Sequence record: MG655270.1
DNA: 64,000 bases
Strand: one strand, 5' to 3'
Position numbers and translations under genes: made by a program. A model generated the notes under the pieces. It did no database searches. It was not told the DNA's origin and saw nothing but the letters and a program-made list of their open reading frames with translations. This document shows positions 18,762 to 27,753 of the stretch, one piece after another (position 1 is the stretch's first letter; every line of letters begins with the position of its first letter).

Positions 18762-19111
18762 TGTCAAAGGCTAAAGCAGTCTGGGATGACCTCTCATACA
18801 CCCTGCTCATTCTGGGCGCGTGGCTTCTGTATATTGTCTTTGTTGGCTGGTGCGCTTATTTCTTCCCAGAGAAAACTATCATCAAGAACGATGAGGATTT
18901 GCTGGCGTACCAGGAAGGCGATGGGCGTTTCAATCGGTTTGTTAACGAAGCATTAGAAACGGTGATTGCTGACACGGAATGCTTATACCCCATCACAATC
19001 ACTAAACGCGGGCATTGGTTCTTTGCCGCAGATATGTTTACTGTTCAGAATGCCAAATGCATAAGTCAGGTTGGTCTCAATAATAACGTGACGACTACCC
19101 CGATCATTTAA
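18761..19111 (+). CDS. Membrane-anchored hypothetical protein
   Basis: TGATG overlap start; N-terminal TM. Confidence 0.6.
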   Translation: MSKAKAVWDDLSYTLLILGAWLLYIVFVGWCAYFFPEKTIIKNDEDLLAYQEGDGRFNRFVNEALETVIADTECLYPITITKRGHWFFAADMFTVQNAKCISQVGLNNNVTTTPII

Positions 19112-19168
19112 CCCTCAAGGGAGGTAATTCCTCCCTATCACTCATTAACCTACTTGTGGAGATTTGCC

Positions 19169-19585
19169 ATGACAACGTCGCGTACTGACTTGATTACTAG
19201 CCGGATCAAAGAAGCATTAAATGGGGTCCGGGTACAAACCAGTGAGCTGTATCATGAATCGACTGATGTCGCATCGTTCGGTGCGGTAAAAACGGTGATG
19301 TTCTTTTGGAATGTAGCTGACAATGATTTAACTGCTGAGATGGTTGAGCGTGAAATCCTGGTCCGACTACAGACCGAGAACATTTACGTGGCCTTTCACA
19401 AAACCCGCCGGCGTGAAGGGGAGCGCTTAATCGCGGCCAGTATTGCCTGTAATCCGAATAACCCGAATTACACCTACGGCAACCTGCGGGGCTTCACCCA
19501 GATGTGGCTACAGAAAAGCTTTGGGGCAACGAAAGAACGTCTGCAGCAAAAGCAACGTGACAGCAATTTGTTTATTCGTCGTTAA
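19169..19585 (+). CDS. Hypothetical protein
   Basis: RBS ggag before ATG 19169. Confidence 0.6.
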   Translation: MTTSRTDLITSRIKEALNGVRVQTSELYHESTDVASFGAVKTVMFFWNVADNDLTAEMVEREILVRLQTENIYVAFHKTRRREGERLIAASIACNPNNPNYTYGNLRGFTQMWLQKSFGATKERLQQKQRDSNLFIRR

Positions 19586-19596
19586 TTAAGGAACGC

Positions 19597-20325
19597 GTGA
19601 TGGATATTGATAATAAAAAGATCTTGGGGTTGGTGTTGAATGACTTCGTGGACATGTACATGCTACAGCTCAACAACAAGAACCGTGATGTCTGCATCAA
19701 CGAGTTAAACTCGGGGCTGTGTGGTGTAGCGACCATGTGCGTTGGGAATGTCATGCGTGAGCGCTACGGAGCAACTGACATCGACTGGGAGTCACACTGT
19801 TTGCACATGTGGTTGGTATTGGATGGCAAACGCTACGACACCCTTTATCCGGAAGGTTATGACGTACCGGTGGTAGATGCCTGGTTACTGAAAGAGCAGA
19901 AATACAACAGCCATGTCATGGCCGGAGAAAGTGTCATCGATATTGAAGATAACAGTGGTTATGTAGCGGGCGGTTGGTGGGATTGTCTCTATCTCATCAA
20001 AGGCTGGTATGAACGTTACGGTATGACGCCTCCTGCTTACGTTAAACGCATGATGACTAACTTACGCGGTAATCATCTCCATCGCCGAGAGCGTCGTGCG
20101 GCGCGCCGTTACCAGCTCGTGTTGAAAGCCCCGCTTCCCTCCTTTACCGATGAAGTGCGCGCCAACACTGTATTGCCGATGACCCACTATTGGCACGGTG
20201 AGTTCGAAGGTAGCCAAGAGCGTGTCCTGGCACGTAAGCCGGGCATGCCGTCAGTGAAGACCTATAAAAGCTTATTGAAGTATTACCGTGAGAAAGGCGT
20301 GCCTGTCACGCAGTACTTCTGTTAA
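19597..20325 (+). CDS. Putative papain/transglutaminase-fold Cys-His-Asp enzyme
   Basis: NSGLCG...HMW...G..YD; paralogue of 27754-28293. Confidence 0.5.
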   Translation: MMDIDNKKILGLVLNDFVDMYMLQLNNKNRDVCINELNSGLCGVATMCVGNVMRERYGATDIDWESHCLHMWLVLDGKRYDTLYPEGYDVPVVDAWLLKEQKYNSHVMAGESVIDIEDNSGYVAGGWWDCLYLIKGWYERYGMTPPAYVKRMMTNLRGNHLHRRERRAARRYQLVLKAPLPSFTDEVRANTVLPMTHYWHGEFEGSQERVLARKPGMPSVKTYKSLLKYYREKGVPVTQYFC

Positions 20326-20354
20326 TCAACCATCTATTAAGAAGGACGCGATTT

Positions 20355-20906
20355 ATGACACTGAAGAGTAATGAACAGTTAAATGCCGAGACCCCTGAAC
20401 TGCGTGACTTGGTTATCGTCATTGACGGTTTGAACATCCTGGACTTGAATCTGGCACCAGGGGCCCGTGCGCCGCGTTACAGCGTTCAACTGTCAGGCGA
20501 TATGGGATTGACCGCAACCAATAAACGTGCAGTGTATGGTCATGCCGCACAATTGTTAAACGCACTCCTGGAGAGAGGGTTCTCTGCCCATGCGAACGTG
20601 TCACGTGATGATCTGGACAACGACACCGCACGTGCAACTGAAATCATGCAACAGGCGATCACTTTATTGGTTGAAACTGGTGAAGATGTTATCGTGCGTT
20701 GCCACTCTCTGTCTATTTCAGTCACCACGGTTGATTTCGACTTGACTGAACTGCGTGTCATCAGCGATGAAGCAATGGCGAAGGTCGAGTTCCTACTGGC
20801 ACAGCCGGGCGAACCGTCCGAGGCGTTAACTGAGTTGATGACCGGTAAGCGTAAGTATCTCATCCGTGAAGACCTGGATGAGGTTGCACCGCAGTCACCA
20901 ATCTAG
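20355..20906 (+). CDS. Hypothetical protein
   Basis: 183 aa, RBS aagga. Confidence 0.65.
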   Translation: MTLKSNEQLNAETPELRDLVIVIDGLNILDLNLAPGARAPRYSVQLSGDMGLTATNKRAVYGHAAQLLNALLERGFSAHANVSRDDLDNDTARATEIMQQAITLLVETGEDVIVRCHSLSISVTTVDFDLTELRVISDEAMAKVEFLLAQPGEPSEALTELMTGKRKYLIREDLDEVAPQSPI

Positions 20907-21076
20907 TAATTAAATACTAGGCAGCGTAATCATATACGTAAAGGGGTCTGGTGAAAGCCATATCCCTTTTGGTTATGCTGTCTTTTTTTTTTGGTTAAGA
21001 AATACTAGCCTTCTCCATTATATGCAATTTACACGATACACTTTTCTATTTACTACATCAGCAAGAGAGATAAGAC

Positions 21077-21220
21077 ATGAGCGCACCTGAAGAATTTGAT
21101 ATGGACGGTCTGGAATCACTGGATCTGGAAGGCGCTGAGAAAGCGGCAGAAGAGAAAGCAGCCGGCGGTGGCGAAGCCCTGTCTGATGGCGAAGCAGATT
21201 GCGAAGGTTGCAAGATCTAA
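21077..21220 (+). CDS. 47-aa acidic peptide ending DCEGCKI, resembling an NrdA C-terminal redox tail (not in ORF track)
   Basis: MSAPEEFDMDGLESLDLEGAEKAAEEKAAGGGEALSDGEADCEGCKI*; purine-rich RBS agagag; phage-typical codons. Confidence 0.7.
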   Translation: MSAPEEFDMDGLESLDLEGAEKAAEEKAAGGGEALSDGEADCEGCKI

Positions 21221-21273
21221 ATGCTGTGATGTGAATCGGGTCTGATATGGGATCAGTTAACCGAGGAAACATC

Positions 21274-21573
21274 ATGAACATCTATCTTGTCCAACGCAAA
21301 TCAGAGCCCCGTTACACACCGGATTCATTTATCGCTGTTGCAACATCGACCGAAGAGGTGCTGATGATTCACCCTAGCTACTTTCAGGGAAAGAACACAC
21401 CTGTGAAGTTTGACGAGGCAATGGCCGCCCTCTGGGCGAATGAGTTATCCGATAGTCCAATGGATCATCAATGGGTTACCGATAAGAACGAACTCGAGGC
21501 CACCTATCTGGGTCAGGCTGCGATGGAGTTCACCGACCCCACGATCATTGAGATGTGGTACGGGTACGCCTGA
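21274..21573 (+). CDS. Hypothetical protein
   Basis: MNIYLV...YTPDSFIAVA; RBS gagga. Confidence 0.65.
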   Translation: MNIYLVQRKSEPRYTPDSFIAVATSTEEVLMIHPSYFQGKNTPVKFDEAMAALWANELSDSPMDHQWVTDKNELEATYLGQAAMEFTDPTIIEMWYGYA

Positions 21574-21579
21574 TCATAC

Positions 21580-21608
21580 GGGGAGGCTTCGGCCTCCCTT
21601 TATGCCGG
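21580..21608 (+). terminator. Hairpin + TTATGCC terminator
   Basis: gggaggc-ttcg-gcctccc-TTTATGCCG. Confidence 0.75.
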
Positions 21609-21650
21609 TCGTTATCCTATGACTTGTATTTGGCAGGTCTGAGGTGACGT

Positions 21651-22262
21651 ATGTTTAAACGTTTCATGTTCTATCTGTTCAGTAAGTTATTTGACCATAA
21701 AGGGGAGTACACCATGTCCGAAGCAGTGAAAGATCAGCAAAGCAATGATGTTAATGCAACCAACGATGTTGAGGTGCAGCCAACACCTGCTGAGACCTCT
21801 GCACCGGAACTGGCATCTAACGATGTGGTTGCCGCACCGGAAGCCGCAGGCGATGCCCGTCCTGAAGTCCAGGATACGGCAGAGTCGACGCCAGTGGTGA
21901 TTGAACCGGTTGCAGTTGCTGAACCATCCGCACCTGTCGTGGCACCTGCTCCTGTTGTTTTACCTGCGGCTGAGCCAGCTCCCGCACCTGTAGCACCGAC
22001 CACCCCGACCGACAGCGATAAGACTGAAGGCGAACCCGATACCAATCGCTTCGACCATCTGGCCAGCACCTTGAAGAGTTTACTTCAGGTAGCCGGTCAT
22101 GAGCTCGACGAAGCATTTGACGATGCAGTACCTTTGGCAAAACAGATCGCTTCCAGTGACGAAGAGTTCGGTGACAAGCTGAAAGACATCCTTGTGGTTG
22201 TCGGTCGTGAATACGGCGAAGCTTTCCATCATTTCTTCAGCTATGCGAAGAAGCACATCTAA
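21651..22262 (+). CDS. Pro/Ala-rich protein with duplicated C-terminal helical module
   Basis: PAPAP linker; LK.LL.V.G.E..EAF......AK repeated twice; alternative start 21714. Confidence 0.65.
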   Translation: MFKRFMFYLFSKLFDHKGEYTMSEAVKDQQSNDVNATNDVEVQPTPAETSAPELASNDVVAAPEAAGDARPEVQDTAESTPVVIEPVAVAEPSAPVVAPAPVVLPAAEPAPAPVAPTTPTDSDKTEGEPDTNRFDHLASTLKSLLQVAGHELDEAFDDAVPLAKQIASSDEEFGDKLKDILVVVGREYGEAFHHFFSYAKKHI

Positions 22263-22268
22263 GAAAAC

Positions 22269-22300
22269 AGGGGGCGGGATTTCCTGCCCCTTTTATGCCG
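22269..22300 (+). terminator. Hairpin + TTATGCC terminator
   Basis: agggggcgggatttcctgcccct-TTTATGCCG. Confidence 0.7.
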
Positions 22301-22340
22301 ATTATCTTATAACTGACTTACATCATTAAAGGGTTTTACC

Positions 22341-23306
22341 ATGACAGTTATTCAGCACGAGGCTATTGGTTATTGCGGGCATGCCATGATGGTGCACCAA
22401 ATGGAAAAAGATCAAGCAACCATTAAGCAATACGCAAAGCAGTTGGAAGGTGCCGGGCTGGAGGCGTTTGATACTCCTTCGCACAAACTGGTACTGCAGG
22501 GTATGTCTGCTCGTTACGGCGATTACATGAAGCTTGGTTCTGGACAGGAAGGACTGGGAACAATGGTTCTGTTGGGGGTGGCTATCGGTGGCGGGGTGGC
22601 GGCATACAAGAAATTGATGCTGGCGAAAAACTCGCCGATTACAAAAGATATCAGTGATGTATTGAGTAAGGTCACCGAAACCTATACCCCGAAATGGCTC
22701 GAAGGTAAAACCTCGGTTAATAAAGATGTGACTTGCGGAAAACTGAATAAGTTATTCGGCGGGTCTGAGTTGTCAGTACTTGATACTGCAGCCATCAAAT
22801 ACGCCACCCAAGCTGAACGTGAAGCAAAAACAGCCGGCGTATATTTGACAGGCGCGTGGGACAAAATAAAACCTCTGTTAGAGCGGTGGAAGAAAGCTGG
22901 TGAAGGGGAGGAGGATGAAGTCATCGAGCTAATGACTGATCTATACCCAGAGCCACCTTACTCTACTATGCCTGCTATTCACGCCAATACCCCTGGGGGT
23001 AAAGGTGAAAAAGTTAAAGCTCTCTCAGAGGCTGAATACCCTAAAGCGGTTGCGTTATTGAAAGCACTCCTGAAAGCCGCCGAAGAAGTCGACGGGATGT
23101 TTTACGATATTGCCAATAACGTTGGCTTTAAAGATCACTGGTACGATGGTATCCCGGCCGATAAACGTGGTGAGGAACACGCATTCCAATATGGACACTG
23201 CCGCTACTACCTTGATCATTATGGCGTAAAGACATGGAACCAACACGAAGCATTGATCAATGCAGCGCGCGGTGTCGAGGAATGGATCGTCAAGTCATTT
23301 AAGTAA
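22341..23306 (+). CDS. Putative virion head (internal) protein with propeptide
   Basis: AGLE-A and SGQE-G motifs in N-terminal region, typical of phiKZ-type prohead-protease-processed proteins. Confidence 0.55.
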   Translation: MTVIQHEAIGYCGHAMMVHQMEKDQATIKQYAKQLEGAGLEAFDTPSHKLVLQGMSARYGDYMKLGSGQEGLGTMVLLGVAIGGGVAAYKKLMLAKNSPITKDISDVLSKVTETYTPKWLEGKTSVNKDVTCGKLNKLFGGSELSVLDTAAIKYATQAEREAKTAGVYLTGAWDKIKPLLERWKKAGEGEEDEVIELMTDLYPEPPYSTMPAIHANTPGGKGEKVKALSEAEYPKAVALLKALLKAAEEVDGMFYDIANNVGFKDHWYDGIPADKRGEEHAFQYGHCRYYLDHYGVKTWNQHEALINAARGVEEWIVKSFK

Positions 23307-23314
23307 TCGCTACG

Positions 23315-23347
23315 AGGGGAGGGATAACACCTCCCCTTTTATGCCGG
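23315..23347 (+). terminator. Hairpin + TTATGCC terminator
   Basis: aggggagg-gataaca-cctcccct-TTTATGCCG. Confidence 0.7.
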
Positions 23348-23390
23348 GCGCGGAATCGTATAGGTGCTTTTGCCAACGAGGAATCTTATC

Positions 23391-24173
23391 GTGTTTGAAA
23401 TGCTTTTAGGCGGTAGTCCGAACGGGAACTTGCCATTTGGGCAGTTGTTAGCCAAAACAACAACAGACTTTACAGTTCCTGCCGGAGTGACCGATATTTC
23501 CGGTGTTGCTATCGGTGGTGGGGGTGGGAACTCACGCGGCAATACCATTGGTGGGTCAGGGGGTGATTTACGCTGGCGTAATCACATTGCCGTTATTCCA
23601 GGTGAAGTGCTGTCACTTATTACCGGTGTGGTAACAGCGGCTGGGAAACCGGGCACCTCCAGTAAGATCATCCGTAAGTCAACCGGCGAAGTATTACTGG
23701 TCGCTAAAGGCGGTGACTCCACTGATGTATCAACACCGATCAATGGAGCTGATATAGGTGGCGGGAACGGTGGTGCTGGCACCAATCCATCAGGTGGTGG
23801 TGCTGGCGGGTATACCGGCAATGGTGGTAAAGGTGGTTCAGCTGCCGATGTTGATTCTGGTGGTGGCGGTGGTGGTGGTTCTTATACCTTCAGCGGAAAC
23901 AGTTTTGGTTGTGGCGGTGGTGGTGTCTACCCTAACGGTAAAGGCGCTGATGGTGGCGCACCCCCTGTCAATACCGGCAGTCAGGCGTTTGGTGGTAAAG
24001 GGGGTTCTGGTGGTAATCCTGGTCAAAACACGAATGGGGGCTTATACGGCGGCGGCGCTGGCGCACCCATTAGGATAACCTTTGCAACAACAGGGACTGC
24101 CGGCTGCATCAGACTCATCTGGGGTTCGGGTCGTGCTTTCCCAGCTACGAAGACCGCAGATATTACAGCATAA
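23391..24173 (+). CDS. Glycine-rich virion structural / tail-appendage protein
   Basis: Start GTG after gagga gives MFEMLLGG; FTVPAGV..I..VA.GGGG and IWG.GR.FP; paralogue of 35668-36507. Confidence 0.7.
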   Translation: MFEMLLGGSPNGNLPFGQLLAKTTTDFTVPAGVTDISGVAIGGGGGNSRGNTIGGSGGDLRWRNHIAVIPGEVLSLITGVVTAAGKPGTSSKIIRKSTGEVLLVAKGGDSTDVSTPINGADIGGGNGGAGTNPSGGGAGGYTGNGGKGGSAADVDSGGGGGGGSYTFSGNSFGCGGGGVYPNGKGADGGAPPVNTGSQAFGGKGGSGGNPGQNTNGGLYGGGAGAPIRITFATTGTAGCIRLIWGSGRAFPATKTADITA

Positions 24174-24232
24174 ATGTTAAGGGATAAATAGGTTATAAAT
24201 ATATGAAACCCTCCCCTCATTGAGATTGAATT

Positions 24233-24811
24233 ATGGCCAAGATGACTTTCTATTACGCTTCGATGAACGCCGGCAAATCCACTGCGTGCATTCAAGCGGG
24301 TTACAACTATTTAGAACGCGGACTGCGGGCCTTGATGATCAAGCCTGAGGTTGATAACCGCGATGACACAGAGAAGGTCAGCTCGCGCGTCGGTCTCAGT
24401 GCGAAGGCGGTTGTTTTTGACAGTGAGGTTAATCTAACCGAACTGGTATTACACCAGATGAAAACTTCCAAGGTCTCGGTGGTGCTGGTTGATGAGGCGC
24501 AGTTCCTGACACCGGATCAAGTCAAAGAGCTCAGTGACATCGCCGACTTCGAAGACATCCCCGTGGTCTGTTATGGTTTGCGTACCGATTTCCAAGGTGA
24601 ACTCTTTCCTGGGTCTGCAGCCTTGATGGCTCGCTCAGATCGCCTTAAAGAACTGATCGGTGTTTGCCACTGTGGCAAGACAGCTCACTTCGTACTGCGT
24701 CGTGATGACAAAGGTCAGGTGGTGAAAGAAGGCGAGCAAATCCTGATTGGCGGGAATGACCGCTATGAAGCAGTGTGTCGCAAGCACCATCGCGTTGCTA
24801 TGCTGAGTTAA
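24233..24811 (+). CDS. tdk: Thymidine kinase
   Basis: Y.SMNAGKS P-loop, VDEAQFL, YGLRTDF, CHCG...GG...Y.AVCRKH. Confidence 0.95.
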   Translation: MAKMTFYYASMNAGKSTACIQAGYNYLERGLRALMIKPEVDNRDDTEKVSSRVGLSAKAVVFDSEVNLTELVLHQMKTSKVSVVLVDEAQFLTPDQVKELSDIADFEDIPVVCYGLRTDFQGELFPGSAALMARSDRLKELIGVCHCGKTAHFVLRRDDKGQVVKEGEQILIGGNDRYEAVCRKHHRVAMLS

Positions 24812-24826
24812 GCCTAAGAGGTAGGT

Positions 24827-25543
24827 ATGTTAGAAATGATAATGGCGATGCCAAAGGCGCTGATACCTAAAGCCGGTCAGCCGCTGATGGGGTTTAACTT
24901 TGATCAGGGTAAAAGCATTAGTGCACCGAGTGCAACCGCGTACTCCGGCGGGACGATTGAAACACTTAGCGCCAGTAACGCCCTTGCGGGATATGGTCGT
25001 AGCTTGCGTTGTAATGGCACGGTCACCAACGTTACCCCGCTGAGCGCATTATCAACCCTCGGGCTGGGTGATTTCACTTTAGAGTGTTACGCCTGGATGA
25101 CCACGATTCCCAGTGCCTATTTCCAGCTCTTCCTGCTCCAGTTCGCTAACGGCAAATACCTCACCATCCGTGTGGGTGATGGCGGGTACGGCCAGCGCAT
25201 GCAGGTAGGGATCGATTTAGGCAATGGCGGTAACTACTGTAGTAGCAAGACTGGTCCTTCATTGCGTAACGGCTGGCACCATTATGCTTTTGTGCGTAAA
25301 GCCGGGAAGTGTCGCTTCTTCATTGATGGGCAGCTTCAGTTACTGGCGCTGGGCACTAGCACCACCTTTAACCTCACTGAGTTTAACGGGAACTTTGATC
25401 TGTCGGGTAATTTGAGTTCGTTCGCTATTGGTAAAGCCAACTCCGGTGTAGGTGATATGTACATGCCTGAATTCCTCTTGTCCAATACCGCACGCTATCA
25501 AGAAACCTTTACACCACCCCCCGGTCCTATCTACCGCCCGTGA
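24827..25543 (+). CDS. LamG / concanavalin A-like domain virion protein
   Basis: DFTLECYAW, GWHHYAFVRK.G..RFFIDG, ARY..TFTPP. Confidence 0.75.
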   Translation: MLEMIMAMPKALIPKAGQPLMGFNFDQGKSISAPSATAYSGGTIETLSASNALAGYGRSLRCNGTVTNVTPLSALSTLGLGDFTLECYAWMTTIPSAYFQLFLLQFANGKYLTIRVGDGGYGQRMQVGIDLGNGGNYCSSKTGPSLRNGWHHYAFVRKAGKCRFFIDGQLQLLALGTSTTFNLTEFNGNFDLSGNLSSFAIGKANSGVGDMYMPEFLLSNTARYQETFTPPPGPIYRP

Positions 25544-25549
25544 CATTCT

Positions 25550-25577
25550 GCCAGGGTTTGTCCCTGGCTTTATGCCG
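25550..25577 (+). terminator. Hairpin + TTATGCC terminator
   Basis: gccaggg-tttgt-ccctggc-TTTATGCCG. Confidence 0.75.
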
Positions 25578-25580
25578 CCC

Positions 25581-25611
25581 AAAGTATCTCAGTCCTACAT
25601 TACCCTTGTGT
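25581..25611 (+). promoter_or_regulatory. Phage promoter motif
   Basis: aaa-gtatctcagt-CCTACATTAC-cctt-GTGT. Confidence 0.65.
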
Positions 25612-25666
25612 AGAAAACAACATTGTTAACTTAACCTATAGTGTTTTAGCTGGGAGGTTTCTTAAG

Positions 25667-26029
25667 ATGAATCACTTATTATTGGATGTGACCGAGAATG
25701 TCACCCCGATCACGCGCCAATTTACCAATACCGATTGGGATGGCATCCTGCGCGATGTTAGCTTGTACATCATGCGCCTTTACTGTGCCTCCCGAGTACT
25801 TGGCGAACATATTCCCCATAACCCTGCGGCGCACTTAAAGGACATTCAGTGGCGCTATGGCTTTGACCCAAATGACGGGCCGGTCTCGGTAGAGTTTGTG
25901 AAACTGTATAAATGCCTGAGTGATGCCATCGGGCTTTATGTGACACAGACCAACCCCACTAAACTGTTAACCGTAGTACGTGTTTCAACGGCTAACAACA
26001 TTTTTCAACTGCACTTAGGATATGCCTGA
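25667..26029 (+). CDS. Hypothetical protein
   Basis: 120 aa, RBS ggagg, TGATG coupling to hslU. Confidence 0.65.
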   Translation: MNHLLLDVTENVTPITRQFTNTDWDGILRDVSLYIMRLYCASRVLGEHIPHNPAAHLKDIQWRYGFDPNDGPVSVEFVKLYKCLSDAIGLYVTQTNPTKLLTVVRVSTANNIFQLHLGYA

Positions 26030-27738
26030 TGTCATCATTAACCACCAATGAAGTTGTTGAGCATTTAGACCAGTACGTAATTGGACAGGTAAATGCCAAA
26101 CGGGCGATCGCATTGGCGTATCGTGAACGAAGCTTGAAAGCGGAGAACAGCGGAGAAGGCTGGCGTTATATCACCCCGTCTAACATCATGATGGTCGGGC
26201 CGTCAGGCAGCGGTAAGACGGAACTGGCTAAGCAGTTAGCGGACATGACCAACTCACCTTTTGTGAAGTGCGAGATCACCGAGTTCACACAAGTCGGTTA
26301 CTACGGGCGCGACGTTAAAACCATTCTGACTGATCTGTTGAAAGAAGCCATTCGGATTGCCCCGGAGATCTGGCGGAAAGAAAACAAACCAAAACTCAGT
26401 AAAGCGAACCGTGACCTGTTGGCACTGATGCTCAAAGACCCAGAGACGTTGGATGCCTTTGCTAAAGCACTGAACATCACCACTGATAAATGCACTGTGC
26501 CGTTTGTGGAAGAGAAGCTCCTCAACGGCACCACCCTGCGTAAGCTCAATGTGCGTTACGGTTGGCGAGCGAATCCTTTACTGGCGGCCATCGATAAGCG
26601 GGCGGATAAACCGGAGAAGGGAGAAGAAGAGCCCCCAATGGAAGATGCGGCGGCGTGGACGCAGTGGTATGTCCGCACCAAGATGAACTTTAGCAAGCTC
26701 GGGTATTCAGGCACTGAAGACAGTCTGGTGAAAGAAGCTGCCCGCGTGTTAGAAGCGATTCCTATTAAGGATAAGATGGAACCGGTGCTGATTGAGGTAA
26801 TTGGCGAAACCCTTAATGAGAAACGCAAAAAGATCATCGCTGCCCGCGGCGCCAGTCAACCGAAACTGATTCGTCTGCTGCTGGATGAGAAAGACTACAA
26901 AGCCCTGTGCCGTAAGCTACTGGAAACAATGGGTTCCCGACTGTGGATGAAGCTTGACACCATCATCGATATCGGTGATGCGCTAAATCAAAGCAAGAAC
27001 CCACCGCCGGACTTCATTGTTAAACTGGTTGAAGAACGCGGCATTGTCTTCATTGATGAGTTCGACAAGATCTTCCTCGACAGCCGGGGCGAGAACGTCG
27101 GTAACATGGGTGTAGTGCGTGACCTGATGCCTTACCTTGATGGGGTCGTGACTGAAGTCTCTACGGTCAATGAACGTGAACGGGGTGGTGGGTTATTTGG
27201 TGAACGGAACGAGAAGTACATCATCAATACCGCTAATATCCTCTGGATCGCATCAGGTGCGTTTCATCTCGCTAAGGTGAGTGATGTACCCGCTGAGATC
27301 TTAGGACGTCTCCCTGTGCATGTGAAGCTCAATCGCTTGACTGCAGATGATCTGGAAAAGGTACTCATCAAACCCCACGGGTCGATCATTGCTGGCGTGA
27401 CACTGTTGATGTCAGCTGAAGGGGCTGAGTTCGTTATTGATGCCGCTGCGATTCGTGCTATTGCTGACTTGGCCTATGAGTGTAATACCGTTGGTGAGGA
27501 CACCGGAGCACGTCGTCTGAAAGGCGTCTGTTTCGAGCTGTTCCGCGACATGCTCTATGGCGCATCTAATCTATTACCTGACCAAAAGAAAGTGCACTTC
27601 ACCGCAGAGCAAGTGATGGCTGAGCGTGAACGCATTCTGGCGACTGTTGAGCGCCGTAAAGAAAAACCCAAAGAAACCGACCCTGCTCAGCGCTTTGCAA
27701 AAGCCATGAAAGAGCTCGGGACTTTGGTTAACAATTAA
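26029..27738 (+). CDS. hslU: HslU/ClpY-like AAA+ unfoldase
   Basis: LDQYVIGQ..AKRA.A.A, GPSGSGKTE, TQVGYYGRDV, GIVFIDEFDKI, GRLPV, GARRL. Confidence 0.9.
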   Translation: MSSLTTNEVVEHLDQYVIGQVNAKRAIALAYRERSLKAENSGEGWRYITPSNIMMVGPSGSGKTELAKQLADMTNSPFVKCEITEFTQVGYYGRDVKTILTDLLKEAIRIAPEIWRKENKPKLSKANRDLLALMLKDPETLDAFAKALNITTDKCTVPFVEEKLLNGTTLRKLNVRYGWRANPLLAAIDKRADKPEKGEEEPPMEDAAAWTQWYVRTKMNFSKLGYSGTEDSLVKEAARVLEAIPIKDKMEPVLIEVIGETLNEKRKKIIAARGASQPKLIRLLLDEKDYKALCRKLLETMGSRLWMKLDTIIDIGDALNQSKNPPPDFIVKLVEERGIVFIDEFDKIFLDSRGENVGNMGVVRDLMPYLDGVVTEVSTVNERERGGGLFGERNEKYIINTANILWIASGAFHLAKVSDVPAEILGRLPVHVKLNRLTADDLEKVLIKPHGSIIAGVTLLMSAEGAEFVIDAAAIRAIADLAYECNTVGEDTGARRLKGVCFELFRDMLYGASNLLPDQKKVHFTAEQVMAERERILATVERRKEKPKETDPAQRFAKAMKELGTLVNN

Positions 27739-27753
27739 CCCTCTGGAGTTGTC

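Noticed and set aside
23740-24070. GGT/GGC-rich repeats (also 35750-36130) as a CRISPR or satellite array
   Set aside because: These are glycine codon runs inside coding sequence, with no constant repeat-spacer period.
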